Assembly: GCF_001194135.2 (NCBI RefSeq)
Contig: NC_068997.1
Span: 17,485,190 to 17,532,086 of the forward strand
DNA from: Octopus bimaculoides
Taxonomy: Eukaryota
Direction of reading: 5' to 3'
Length of the DNA: 46,897 nucleotides
This document shows, piece by piece, positions 1-11,452 of this stretch. The position numbers and the translations under genes were made by a program. Position 1 is the stretch's first letter. Every line of letters begins with the position of its first letter. A model generated the notes under the pieces. The model did no database searches and was not told the DNA's origin. It was given only the letters and a program-made list of their open reading frames with translations.

Positions 1-459
1 ATATATATACATACACACATACATACATATATATATATATACATATATATCGCACATTTCTATGTTTTTCAGTACACACGCACGTACATATAAACACACA
101 CACCTATGTATGTATGCATGCATGTACATATATATATATATGTACTTATGTGTTTCCGTTAAGTAGGGTGGTGGGTAGAAATGTATGTATATGTATAGAT
201 AAGTGCGTGAGTGTAAATACGTTCCTAGAAATCTATTTATATGCTATGTATATACATATATCCGTATGCCTAAATATCATATGTATGTATGTGGATGAGT
301 GTGCACGCGTACGTGCTTGTGAATGTCTGTTTGAGAGTCTATGTTGCCCCAATTGTGTGTGTGTGTGTGCGTGTGTGTGTGTGTGCGTGTGTGTATGTTA
401 AAACATCTCTTTCGTGTAAGAAATGAGCTCGATTTTTTTTTTGTGTTTGCTTTTTTCAG

Positions 460-533
460 AGGCCGTCAACAAACTGTGATAAGACGAAGATAATACCGGG
501 GTACGGCTCGGTTTCTGAGTTGGGAGAGGGTAG
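460..533 (+). CDS. Candidate internal exon of an unidentified gene (alternative end at 529)
   Basis: Long pyrimidine tract ending ttttttcAG at 459. One open frame reads RPSTNCDKTKIIPGYGSVSELGEG; the other two frames have stops. Two tandem donors follow: G|GTAGGT at 530 and AG|GTAAAA at 534. No homology recognised. Confidence 0.45.
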
Positions 534-811
534 GTAAAAAAGAAATGATTAAATACCCTCTCAGACAATTCCAGCTAACGAGAAAGAAATATATAATTAG
601 AATATATTCGCCAGATAACCGAGTATTTTTCTTATACTTCCACCAATGTATGCTACTAATTTATTTATACATTCAAATTGTTTATGTAATACTTTGTTAT
701 TTATTGTAATTATTTGTTTCCTACTTTAGAATTTAGTTCATAGTATGTGTGTGTACTAAAGTTGTGTTGGTTAGAATGGTACTACACCTTTTCCTTAATT
801 TTAATCTTAAT

Positions 812-1096
812 TACTCTCTTTAGTCATTGGATTGCAGTCATGCTGCGCACAGCATTGAAGGGTTTTAGTCAGCAAAAATTGGGCCCAGCTATTCCTCTTG
901 GTCCTCTTTATTTTGCAATCGTTCCCTTTCTCCCGAACTGCTAGTTTACAAGGCAATTAGTGAACCAACAACAGCTGTTAAATTATGGTAGTACAAACAC
1001 GCACACATGTATCTATATATGTGTATTATATATACATAAATACACACACATATATATATATATATACATGCGCGCGCGCACATACACACACACATA
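812..1096 (-). mobile_element. tRNA-derived SINE type 1, 3' half, running into its internal CA/TA microsatellite
   Basis: Aligns by eye to the fuller copy at 17926-18311 (agtcatt..tgc.g.catgctg, ccgaactgcta..ttacaagg, accaaca). Confidence 0.65.
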
Positions 1097-1098
1097 TA

Positions 1099-1800
1099 CA
1101 GGGGTTGGACAAAATAATAGAAACACCAACCATCATAGCATCATAATTCTAAAATATCTATAAAATCGTCAAAGGCTTGTTTTTTGTTTGTTTATTACTA
1201 GTGTTGCTGAATATGTTTTGCAAAAATTGCTTTTTCCTTTCGGATATCATCAGAAAAAGTTAATTAAAATTCATTAAAATAACAGATCTATCGGACTTTC
1301 AAAGAGGACAAATAGTTGGTTCTCGTACGGCAGGTACTAGCGTAACGATAGCAGCCGAAATATTTGGTTTATCAAGAAGTACTGTCTCGAAAGTATCTGA
1401 TCAAATGCATCTTATGGTTGCGGAACCCTTTCCGGAGAGAAACGCAATCTTAATGGATGATAGTGCACCAATTCACTGAATAGCTCGAGAAACATTCTAT
1501 TGAATTTGAACGTCTTATCTGGTCACCACCGTCCCCAGATCTGAATATTATTGAACATTTATAGTGCATTTTCGTAAAACAAATACGGAGTTGATATCCT
1601 CCACTATCATCACTACATGAACTGGAGACTGTTTGAGCTGAAGCATGGACAAAAATTCGCTTGGGAACAATTCAAGCTTTATGCGAGACCATAGCTTGTA
1701 GAATTCAAGCTGTAATTACTGCCAAAGGTGGTCCTGCCCCATATTAAAATTAATTTGTTTGAAATTGTTAAGGTGTCTCCATTACTTTGTCCATCCCCTG
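1099..1800 (+). mobile_element. Non-autonomous Tc1-like DNA transposon, internal-deletion derivative (702 bp)
   Basis: 29-bp TIRs (CAGGGGTTGGACAAAATAATAGAAACACC and CAGGGGATGGACAAAGTAATGGAGACACC on the other strand, 25/29), with TA at 1097-98 and 1801-02. Relic peptides: TDLSDFQRGQIVG...SRSTVSKV, then DDSAPIH, W.PPSPDLNIIEHL and RIQAVITAKGGP. Several stops and frameshifts. Confidence 0.93.
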
Positions 1801-1941
1801 TATATATTATCGTGGAGCATTCCGTTAAGAACGTCTTAGAGTACAAAATAGAGCTCGTTCACTCTTAGAAACATGTGTAGTCGTCATTAAACAGCTGTCG
1901 AATCGTACTCCTTCTTCCTTCTGACTGTATTTATTCTTACA

Positions 1942-1983
<42 letters not shown>

Positions 1984-2044
1984 GTAGTACATATGAAATA
2001 TGATACTCTACCAACTGAATTATGCGGGCAACTATATACATGTG

Positions 2045-2190
2045 TGTCTATGACGAGCTTCGGCTGATTTTCTCTCTGCCAAATTCCTACAGATGGCCTT
2101 CGGATGGCTTATATTAAAAGACACTTGTTCGAGGTGCCACGCAACGGGTCTGAAACCGAAAACACGTTTCTGCAGAACTCATCATTGTTT
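2045..2190 (-). mobile_element. tRNA-derived SINE type 1, 5' head
   Basis: aagacacttgttcgaggtgccacgcaacgggtctgaaaccgaa matches the head region of the copies at 18210-18310 and 26911-27052. Confidence 0.7.
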
Positions 2191-2314
2191 GCGCCTATTC
2201 AATTTGCTAAGAATTTTATTCCTAGAATTTGCTTCCTAGTTTGGAAGTCTAGGTTACAGGATGTACGTTCGTATACTGCATTTGTCTTTATCTGGTCTTG
2301 TTTCGTTTGTATTA

Positions 2315-2632
2315 GTGTGGGTTAGTGTTTAGGGTATTCGGCTCACTTTTCTAAGATACGAAGTTCGATTGACAACAGTGCGTCGCATCATTGAGACAGA
2401 AATTCTATTTCATGTTACTTCTGTCCACTTAGATTGCAAAGAAGAGCTGTATTTCTTATTCTAGTGCCAAGCTTTGTCATATTTTGTGTCACACTTAATC
2501 TACCTGCGAACTACGTTCATGGTATGCATGCCTGTGGAACGCTCAGCCACTTGCATATTCAGTTCAGAAGGTTGTGCGGTACATTTGATCAGATCAACTG
2601 TAACGCCCGTCCTCGTAAGAGACGGAGTACCA
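2315..2632 (+). mobile_element. tRNA-derived SINE type 2 (central core plus RTE-LINE-like 3' tail), decayed
   Basis: The head ttagggtattcggctcac...gaagttcgatt has a B-box-like motif. The core tatttcatgttacttctgtccact resembles the reverse complement of 15720-15770. The tail is gaactacgtt...gctcagccacttgca...gatcagatcaactg...gacggagtacca; its RTE origin is from recalled consensus. Confidence 0.6.
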
Positions 2633-2912
2633 GTTTCTTTTTTTCGGTCATTTTTTTAAAATTTCGAGTTCTATTCTCCGTATTCATCTTTTCTATAATG
2701 TGCATGCAAGCATAGATACGAATACATACTACAAATACGCAGACATGCATCTCTACAAACATTTATATACATATACATGTATGCATACACACATATGAAT
2801 ATATGTGTGCATATATATGCATATGTATATATGTGTGTATATATAAATATATATCTGTGACATATGTGTACACATATAGGTATACACACATACATTACAT
2901 ATACACATACAT

Positions 2913-2957
<45 letters not shown>

Positions 2958-3214
2958 ATATGCAGTTATATGCATGGATATGAGTGAGAGGAAGAGGGTG
3001 AAATTTTATTGCCACGTTTATCATCTGAAGATAACATAGGCGTTTCCAGAATTGCTAGAAAAATGAAGTTATGCAGGACGTTTGGGTTAGCTTTCATTAG
3101 TCGAAAACAACACTTCTGCTTGTTTCCATCGGATTCTCTTTCTTATTTCTTCAGGCTCTCTTCTATATTGTCATGCATGTCATTCTTCCCTTCCTCTTGT
3201 TGTTACTGTTTTTA

Positions 3215-3300
3215 TTTTTGTTGTTGATGTTGTTGTTCTTCTTCTTCCTCTTCTTCCAATTCTTCTTCCATTCCTCCTCCTCCTCCTCCTCCTCCTCCTC
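3215..3300. repeat. (TTG)n/(TTC)n/(TCC)n trinucleotide compound repeat
   Basis: Directly visible. Confidence 0.9.
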
Positions 3301-3678
3301 ATGCTACTTTTTCCACATGGGTTTTTCTTCTGTCCTGAGGTCTCATTATTTTTGTCTGGTCCTGTATGAGATTTCCACTTATTATTTTACTATTTATCCA
3401 TAAATGCTGTTGCCCTTTTGTGAGTACTGATCTCTAGCAGGTCAACAGAAAAATTGTTGCAGTCGAGAACTGGAATCGAAGTTACCCACAAATTTACCAT
3501 TATAATTTTGGTGTCCTTTCGTCAAAATTACAAAGAATTACTTTTAGACTATACTGAGATTTTAGGGTAACTTAATATTCAAACGGCAGATTCAAACTGA
3601 TCTTTAATATTTTATATTCCCTCTTCTTAACCCCTTGTTCCTTCACACGCTCACTCAAATTCATATAGTCACACACAG

Positions 3679-3800
3679 GCGCTTGCACACTGCCAAGTCC
3701 ATTAAATATGAGAACCAGCAGAAATGCAGTTGCAGGGCGCTTCTTTTCCGGATTTCAAGACCTGGACATGATACGAGGTCCAAGGATGGCATAATTCAGA
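3679..3800 (+). CDS. Weak candidate exon (122 nt)
   Basis: Bounded by acacacAG and GTATGT in a GC-richer island. One frame is open end to end (RLHTAKSIKYENQQKCSCRALLFRISRPGHDTRSKDGIIQ). The acceptor has a poor pyrimidine tract. Confidence 0.25.
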
Positions 3801-3872
3801 GTATGTCAGTTCGAGAGTATATAAGCACTTGAAACAAAGAACGAAAGTGCTTTATACACAGATCTTTGTGTG

Positions 3873-3908
<36 letters not shown>

Positions 3909-4746
3909 GTGTGTAGCTACTAATTTTCCCCAGAAATTCTTTGCGCAATAGATATTTTTCTTACTGCTTGTTTTGTTAAAACTATGAAAAAATGAAACTG
4001 CCCCTCGCTCTATTCGAACTCACCATCAACTGGTTTGACCTAAATGAGCATTGCCAGATTTATGCGTGTGTATGTGTGTACGTGTGTGCGTGTGTGTGTA
4101 TGCCTTTGTGTGCGTGTGTATGTATGTTTAATAATAACTGCTTATATATTTCTTGAAATTCTTGTTTCTTGGAATTTTATATCTTGAGAAAGGTACGCAG
4201 TAGGTAAACCGTGTAACAGTATAGATTCAATACTATTGCGGACTACTCGAAATATCATTTGTCAACAGTACATCGGGAGTTCAATATTAACAGAAAAGTT
4301 CTTTAAAGTGCGGGACATACTATGTCATACATTGATCACACCCAAAGTACGAGTTCTTTTTTTTTAGTAAATTCAGCACTTCACGTGAATGATTTGATAT
4401 CCTGTGTATCATAATTGCATATCACACGTAAGGAACTAAACTACGTGTGCGTGAATATATACATACGTATCATTTTCTCGTTCTCTCGCTCTCACCGTCT
4501 CACTATATGTATATATGTGTATAGGTCTACATATATGTCTATGTATATATATATGTGTGTGTCTGTGTCTGTGTGTGTATGTATATAAGTGTGAGTTTGT
4601 GTGTGTGTTGGATTATTAATTATATACAGCAAGCTTTGAATATATGGGAAAACCATTATGTGGGAGTAAAATTTACTAGGCATTTGGTATGTGGAAGTGT
4701 CAGCAAGAATTCAACAATTCTGATCTATTATTTACTATTCCCCAAG

Positions 4747-4808
4747 AGTGAAACCTGATACCATAAATCTCGCTGACAGAAAAATCACACTCCTCAAGTG
4801 TTACGGAT
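4747..4808 (+). CDS. Candidate exon (VKPDTINLADRKITLLKCYG)
   Basis: Acceptor ctattatttactattccccaAG at 4746 and consensus donor GTAAGT at 4809. In frame with exon 460-533 if spliced directly (AG+A = Arg). Confidence 0.45.
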
Positions 4809-4868
4809 GTAAGTGCGAGCGTCTGTTGTATGAGTGCAATGTGTTTTATAAAACCATCATCCTTTCAG

Positions 4869-4895
4869 ATCCAGATATGATTGGAGAGATCCGTG
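4869..4895 (+). CDS. Candidate short exon (Y/PDMIGEIR); alternative end at 4926
   Basis: Follows a 60-nt intron GTAAGT...catcctttcAG (4809-4868). Candidate donors are GTAACA at 4896 and GTAAAT at 4927. Confidence 0.4.
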
Positions 4896-4969
4896 GTAAC
4901 ACATTATGGAATATTTCCGCAACAATGTAAATGTGATTGATTATCTGCGCGCGGCTATGCGTGTGTGCT

Positions 4970-4976
<7 letters not shown>

Positions 4977-5058
<82 letters not shown>
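4977..5058. repeat. (GT)n microsatellite; one of dozens of (GT)n/(AT)n/(GA)n/(TATG)n tracts in the window
   Basis: Directly visible. Other large tracts lie near 13040-13118, 17420-17486, 22230-22305, 25890-25965, 30519-30577, 33389-33438 and 46190-46278. Confidence 0.98.
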
Positions 5059-5059
<1 letters not shown>

Positions 5060-5941
5060 CGCGTGTGTGTGCGTGCGTGTGTGTGTGCAGATAGATCGGT
5101 AGGTAGATAGATAGCTTGATAGATATCGGTAGGTAACGACACAGTGATAACGGTTGATCGATAACTGACGAGTCCTGAAGAATATTTTTCTGTATTGTGT
5201 CTCCTGTTTTTCTGTATTTTTTTTCTCTTATCCGCCTGTACCATATCTTAGCTGATAAATATAATTTACTGAATTACATATATAAAAGTAACAATGCTTT
5301 TCTTACAACAATATGTAAAAAAAAAAAAAATATCGATTCACAGTGTTGATGATCCAGAATCTCCTAGTTCGTATTTAACTTTTAAAGGGGGAGATTAAAC
5401 TCTGGTTTCTCGTGCTATTTCTGCTTCGAAATTTAGAAAGCTTGCGTTATTTTACAAAGAAACAAGAAATGAGAAAAATAATGAGTAATACAATATTTAT
5501 ATAATACGGATCGCTTCGAAAATTCATTCCTAAATCATTTGTTTTTCTAATACAGAGCTCCACCTCCCTCTCTCTCTCTCTGTCTCTCTGTCTGTCTCTG
5601 TCTCTCTCTGTCTCTCTCGCTCTCTCTCTCTCACTCGGTGTATATATCAATCTCATCTAACAATAAACAATGTGTGTCTGTCTGTTTTTTGTTATGTATA
5701 TTCACTTGTTTTTAATTACTTGAATTGTTCTTGTGTAAAAAGGAGCTGGTTTCTCACACAAATACAGAGCTCTGTTGTTGCAACACAGCTATCAAACTCA
5801 ATGTCACATCTTGAACTTTAGAAAACACTTGCACAATTTTACTGTTCTGCTTACAAATTGTATTTAAAAAGCATTAGTTTTAAAATCGCCCTTTAGATAT
5901 ATATGCGTAAACATACACACACAAACGCACACACACACACG

Positions 5942-5979
<38 letters not shown>

Positions 5980-6975
5980 NNNNNNNNNNNNNNNNNNNNN
6001 NNNNNNNNNNNNNNNNNNNNNNNNNNNNNNNNNNNNNNNNNNNNNNNNNNNNNNNNNNNNNNNNNNNNNNNNNNNNNNNNNNNNNNNNNNNNNNNNNNNN
6101 NNNNNNNNNNNNNNNNNNNNNNNNNNNNNNNNNNNNNNNNNNNNNNNNNNNNNNNNNNNNNNNNNNNNNNNNNNNNNNNNNNNNNNNNNNNNNNNNNNNN
6201 NNNNNNNNNNNNNNNNNNNNNNNNNNNNNNNNNNNNNNNNNNNNNNNNNNNNNNNNNNNNNNNNNNNNNNNNNNNNNNNNNNNNNNNNNNNNNNNNNNNN
6301 NNNNNNNNNNNNNNNNNNNNNNNNNNNNNNNNNNNNNNNNNNNNNNNNNNNNNNNNNNNNNNNNNNNNNNNNNNNNNNNNNNNNNNNNNNNNNNNNNNNN
6401 NNNNNNNNNNNNNNNNNNNNNNNNNNNNNNNNNNNNNNNNNNNNNNNNNNNNNNNNNNNNNNNNNNNNNNNNNNNNNNNNNNNNNNNNNNNNNNNNNNNN
6501 NNNNNNNNNNNNNNNNNNNNNNNNNNNNNNNNNNNNNNNNNNNNNNNNNNNNNNNNNNNNNNNNNNNNNNNNNNNNNNNNNNNNNNNNNNNNNNNNNNNN
6601 NNNNNNNNNNNNNNNNNNNNNNNNNNNNNNNNNNNNNNNNNNNNNNNNNNNNNNNNNNNNNNNNNNNNNNNNNNNNNNNNNNNNNNNNNNNNNNNNNNNN
6701 NNNNNNNNNNNNNNNNNNNNNNNNNNNNNNNNNNNNNNNNNNNNNNNNNNNNNNNNNNNNNNNNNNNNNNNNNNNNNNNNNNNNNNNNNNNNNNNNNNNN
6801 NNNNNNNNNNNNNNNNNNNNNNNNNNNNNNNNNNNNNNNNNNNNNNNNNNNNNNNNNNNNNNNNNNNNNNNNNNNNNNNNNNNNNNNNNNNNNNNNNNNN
6901 NNNNNNNNNNNNNNNNNNNNNNNNNNNNNNNNNNNNNNNNNNNNNNNNNNNNNNNNNNNNNNNNNNNNNNNNNNN

Positions 6976-7021
<46 letters not shown>

Positions 7022-8444
7022 ATGATTAGATATATATATATCTATATATATATATATGTCTATGCACACACAAATGTATGTATATAGTGTTATGTGTATA
7101 TATGTGTATGTGTACATGCGCACGCACAAAGACACACTCATATACATACCTACATATATTTCATATAGACGTATTGATAACTATTATACGCTTACATTGG
7201 TATCCACCGGAGTGTAATAATAAACATATAAATGCTTATATTACGAATATCACAAGACGTATAGTTGGCATTACGAAGCTTCAATATAGAACACCGAAAA
7301 GAAATACCAAAACTAAAGAAATCTAGGCACCCACGTATATACATGTATGCGTTAATACATGCCTTTCTATCACTTTCTCTATATGTGTGTCTGAGCGTGT
7401 ATGCTTGTGTGTATGTGTATGGCTGTATGAGTATGTTATAATAATAAAGACTTTGTTTTGATTAGAAAAGTAGATTTCGAAACAGTATGTAATATAATGT
7501 GTTTTCTGAGTTTTTCTGTCTCATTTGTTTTGTCTTGTGTGTGTTTTTTTTTTTGCTTCTTTTTTATGCTTTTGTTTCTTATTGGAAGAAATTGGATATT
7601 TAACTTGTTGACATTTCTCTTTGTTATTGCTATTTGCATTTCTGTCAGTCTGTAACCAGCCTTGCTCCTCTATTTTCTTTTCGTTTTACATTCTTCTCTT
7701 TACTTGATTAATATGCATTCTTCATTTTGTTTGTCTTTTTTTTTTATTTATCTAATTATTTTGTTTTAATTTTCATGCATTTTTTTTTATTACGTCATCT
7801 TTAAGTTTATAACGCTTACAAATAAAATACACAAAGCACCGGCAGATTGGCAGTGAGACATAGAGTGCGGAAAGCGAAAAGAAAAAGAGAGAGTGAAGAA
7901 CAGAGGTGGCGAAGAGAAGGATAGAGAGATCGGCAGAGAAAGATTGGGAGAGTTAAGGAAAGAGAGTGTGTGGGGGGAGGGAACAAAGGTAAACAGGAGG
8001 CTGAGATATACAGACGTAGAGGTGAGAGATTGATGCAGGGGAAAGATTGAATGGGTAGAAACATACGAGTGGGTGCTAAAAAGTTCTTGGCTTTGAGCAA
8101 AAGAATATACAGTAGGATCAGTTAATAATGGATTTTATTTAACATATTCATCTCTCATATTCACACGCGTATTTTGGCCGTCCTCCAGTTTTACCGAAAC
8201 CCTGCAAATGAACTTCAAAGGTTGGGAGTCCATATAATATTGTCGCGATATCCTTAAAGCCAGGGACAGTGCAGTGCCCTCCCACACCATCACCCTTTAA
8301 ATTGCTTATATAAAAACGAAATTGGAGGATTTTTTAAAATATAAGGTCTGAGGAAACGAATTCTTGAAAGAAGGATAGGAAGATATTTCAGATGTAATCA
8401 GTAAAAATACTGTGCTGGAAAGAAGCCTATTACATATGTGTGTG

Positions 8445-8478
<34 letters not shown>

Positions 8479-8611
8479 AGTGTGTGTATGTATGTGTGTG
8501 TGTGCGTGCGCGTGCGTCCGTGCATGTGTGTGTGTATGTGTGTGTATGTGTGTGTGCAAATATTGAGATAACTAGCTTGTTCGGTGGATAGATGCACATA
8601 TTTATACACAC

Positions 8612-8860
8612 TCATGGTTGTATGTTAAGGGGCTTCAAAACATTATGATTCAGGGTTCAGTCCCACTGTCTGACATCCTGGGAAAGTATATTCTACTATA
8701 GCCACGGGTCGACCAAAACCTTATGAGTAGATTTGGTAAACGGAAACTGAAAGAAGCCCATCGCATATATATATATATGTGTGTGTGTGTCTGTGTGTCT
8801 CTGTGTGTATCTGTGTGTGTGTTTTTACGTCTATGTGTGTTTATGTCTGTGTTTGATTCC
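8612..8860 (+). mobile_element. tRNA-derived SINE type 1 (5' two-thirds)
   Basis: B-box GGGTTCAGTCCC, then ttctactatagcc.cgggtcgaccaaa.ccttatgagtagatttggtaaacggaaactgaaagaagccc, followed by the internal AT/GT microsatellite. Confidence 0.85.
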
Positions 8861-9500
8861 TAGAAGAACAGCTTTAATAATTCCACCCACTTAGTGACCA
8901 ATTAACTCACTTTAATGAACTAAATATTTACTAGTTTTGCATATTGTGGGTTATGTAATATAAGCCATCAGCCACAAATACAAACAAACACACACACACG
9001 CACACGCACACATACATATACACTCACAGATACACATACACACACACACGCACACAGACAAACACACATACATGTCTGCAACTGAGTGTTCAACAAATGG
9101 GTTATTCATAATTTCATTTAACAAGTTAATTTATGCATATAATTTTTTAAAACGTTTTGCATAAACTTCATCTTCAGCTATCATTTACAGATAGCAGATA
9201 ATTTATGTGAACCATCTCTAAGTTGCCGCCCAAAATGACTCCACAGTTCTATTTGAGAAAAGGATGCATAATGGAATAATAAATTAAACACATCAACAAC
9301 TAATCGTTAACGTTATCCTAATTTTAACACATCAAACAATCGTTCTTTAGTATTATATTTTTAGTCCACAAAGTTGTTATATATATATAATACTCTTTAA
9401 TAGCACATGTGTGTATGTATATATGTATGTTATGTATGTGTTTGTATATGCATGTATGTGTGTGTATTTGTGTGTGTGTGTGTTTGTCTTTGTATGTAGT

Positions 9501-9635
9501 CGGAGACGTGGCTGTGTGCTATAAGAAGTTTAACTAAGGGCCACATAGTTTCGGGTTCAGTGACATTGTGTGGCATCTTGGATAAGTCTCGTTAGCTGTA
9601 GCTTCGGAACGACCAAAATATTGAGCGGATGAGTA
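9501..9635 (+). mobile_element. tRNA-derived SINE type 1 head, truncated at a mariner insertion
   Basis: A-box-like TGGCTGTGTGCT and B-box-like GGGTTCAGTGAC. Homology stops at the TA at 9634-35. Confidence 0.7.
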
Positions 9636-10685
9636 GGTCTGATTGAGTCGATGAGTAGTTTTGATACTCAGCAACTGAAAAAAAAATTGCAATTAGAATC
9701 GTTTTATGGTCGCTACCTTTGGAAGAAAGGATTTACTGTAATGGCAGCGGCAAAAGAAATTAATTATATGAAAGGCCCAGCAACTGTCAACGAACCTGTA
9801 GCGCAAAACTCGTTCAAAAGTTTCAAGGAAGAGGACACCAACCTCGAAGACAGGCTGAGTTCAAGAAAACCTATTGTGGAAAGTGTGGCCTTTCTTAAAA
9901 TGCTTGAGAAACAATCAAGCTCAAGGATTCGTACATTATCGGCAGATTTTGGTCTTTCAGAAAGCAGCATCAGTTGACACCTCCTTAAGCTCAGCCCTGT
10001 GAACAGACGCTATTGAGAAGGTCCTCATGAACAAACCGGTGATCAGGCTCAAAGACGTGTGAATATTTACAAACAACTGACAAATACTGAAGAAGTCTAT
10101 TTGTGACGTCAAATTGTAAGTAGAGATAAAAGATATGGATTTATGTAAGCGTCCAAATAAGATATATCAGTGGCTTCGTTCAGGTCAGGCTCCAAAAACG
10201 TGTTTCAAATGAAGGCAGTTTGAGCAGAATGTGATGTTGTGTGATTGGTGGAATTTCGAGGGGGCGTTGCCCTTTGAGCTTGACACAGATGTGAATAGTA
10301 AGCTTTATGCTTAACAGCTACACTGAATACATAATTCTTTGATAGGCTGCTAACCAGTTGGGCCAATCGAAGAGCACGCTTCAGCAGCTTGACAATGTCT
10401 TAGCACAAATTGCCTACAGTCCACACCTTGCTCTATCAGAATTCCAACTTCTCCGAACAATGGTTTATTCCATGCACGGACGGTGGTTCAACAATGTGGA
10501 TGAGGCGGAAAACGGGCGAAGGAAATTTTAGCCTCTAACCCAGCTGAATATCATAAGCGTGGAATTGATAGCAGACAAAACAATACAACGGGATATATTT
10601 TGATGAATAAAAGCTTTTCGTGTTTAAGTTGTTTGAATTAATAATTAAAGATCACAGCACAGAAAAATCATTTGACTCAACCAAC
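9636..10685 (+). pseudogene. Decayed mariner transposon (DD34D-type clade) with imperfect TIRs
   Basis: N-terminal HTH-like ORF 9651-9977 (KKGFTVMAAAKEIN...LEDRLSSRKP). Also EGPHEQT (WVPHEL motif), VMLCDWWNFEG, QQLDNV and AYSPHLALSEFQLLRTM (YSPDLAPSD motif). The ends share TTGAGTC.ATGA in inverted orientation with TA outside. Many stops and an internal deletion. Confidence 0.88.
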
Positions 10686-11023
10686 TATGTGCCGATGCGA
10701 GTGTTTCTGAATTAAGAGATTACTAATATTAAACTGGAGCATTATTCTCACGCAATATTTTGTAATTCTTGATTTAAAATTTCATAACGGTTTCTTATTT
10801 AATCTTTCTGTTTACAATATTCAAGAACATGACTTTGATAGCAGTTGAGTATCTCGAGGCTATCCGGATTTCTTTCGAAGACAAAAGTAACATTTACATA
10901 AATCTAAGTTTTACGGAGGATGTACAATTTTTTTTCTGGTGCTAAAAAAAAATTTAAATACACCACATTAATTTCATGCATTTCTTTGCTTTAGAGTTTT
11001 TATATATACACACACATATATAC

Positions 11024-11074
<51 letters not shown>

Positions 11075-11079
11075 GGTGG

Positions 11080-11274
11080 CGTGGAAAATAGCGAAATATG
11101 AGCGCCAAGAAGTGTTTCGGCATAAGCAAAGTTTCGGTTAGTTAAAACATATTTGTAACATATTTCAACTGCTAAAAGACAAATTTACTGCAGTTACCAT
11201 AAAGAAAATATTTTTCTTATATTAAAAAGGTGTAAAAACACACTATTGGCGCTAATCTTTCGTTATTTTCCACG
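11080..11274. mobile_element. MITE-like element with 29-bp TIRs
   Basis: CGTGGAAAATAGCGAAATATGAGCGCCAA at 11080 versus TTGGCGCTAATCTTTCGTTATTTTCCACG ending 11274 (26/29 complementary). No clear TSD. Confidence 0.65.
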
Positions 11275-11452
11275 ATCGGGCGATCTCCCAACGCAAATCG
11301 GTCAACATTGTTGACTATAATTTACATAAAGCAATTGCTTTACAGGATTTGTTCAGAGTTTCCTCTCTTAGGTACTTCTCATTGATAAAAGCCAACTATC
11401 TTGGAACATTGCTGTTTGGGTATCCTGATAAATGGTGACAATTAAGAAATGG

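Noticed and set aside
7480-8100. T-rich block followed by a purine-rich block, suggesting a long hairpin or triplex
   Set aside because: Complementarity is only compositional; no alignable inverted repeat was found.
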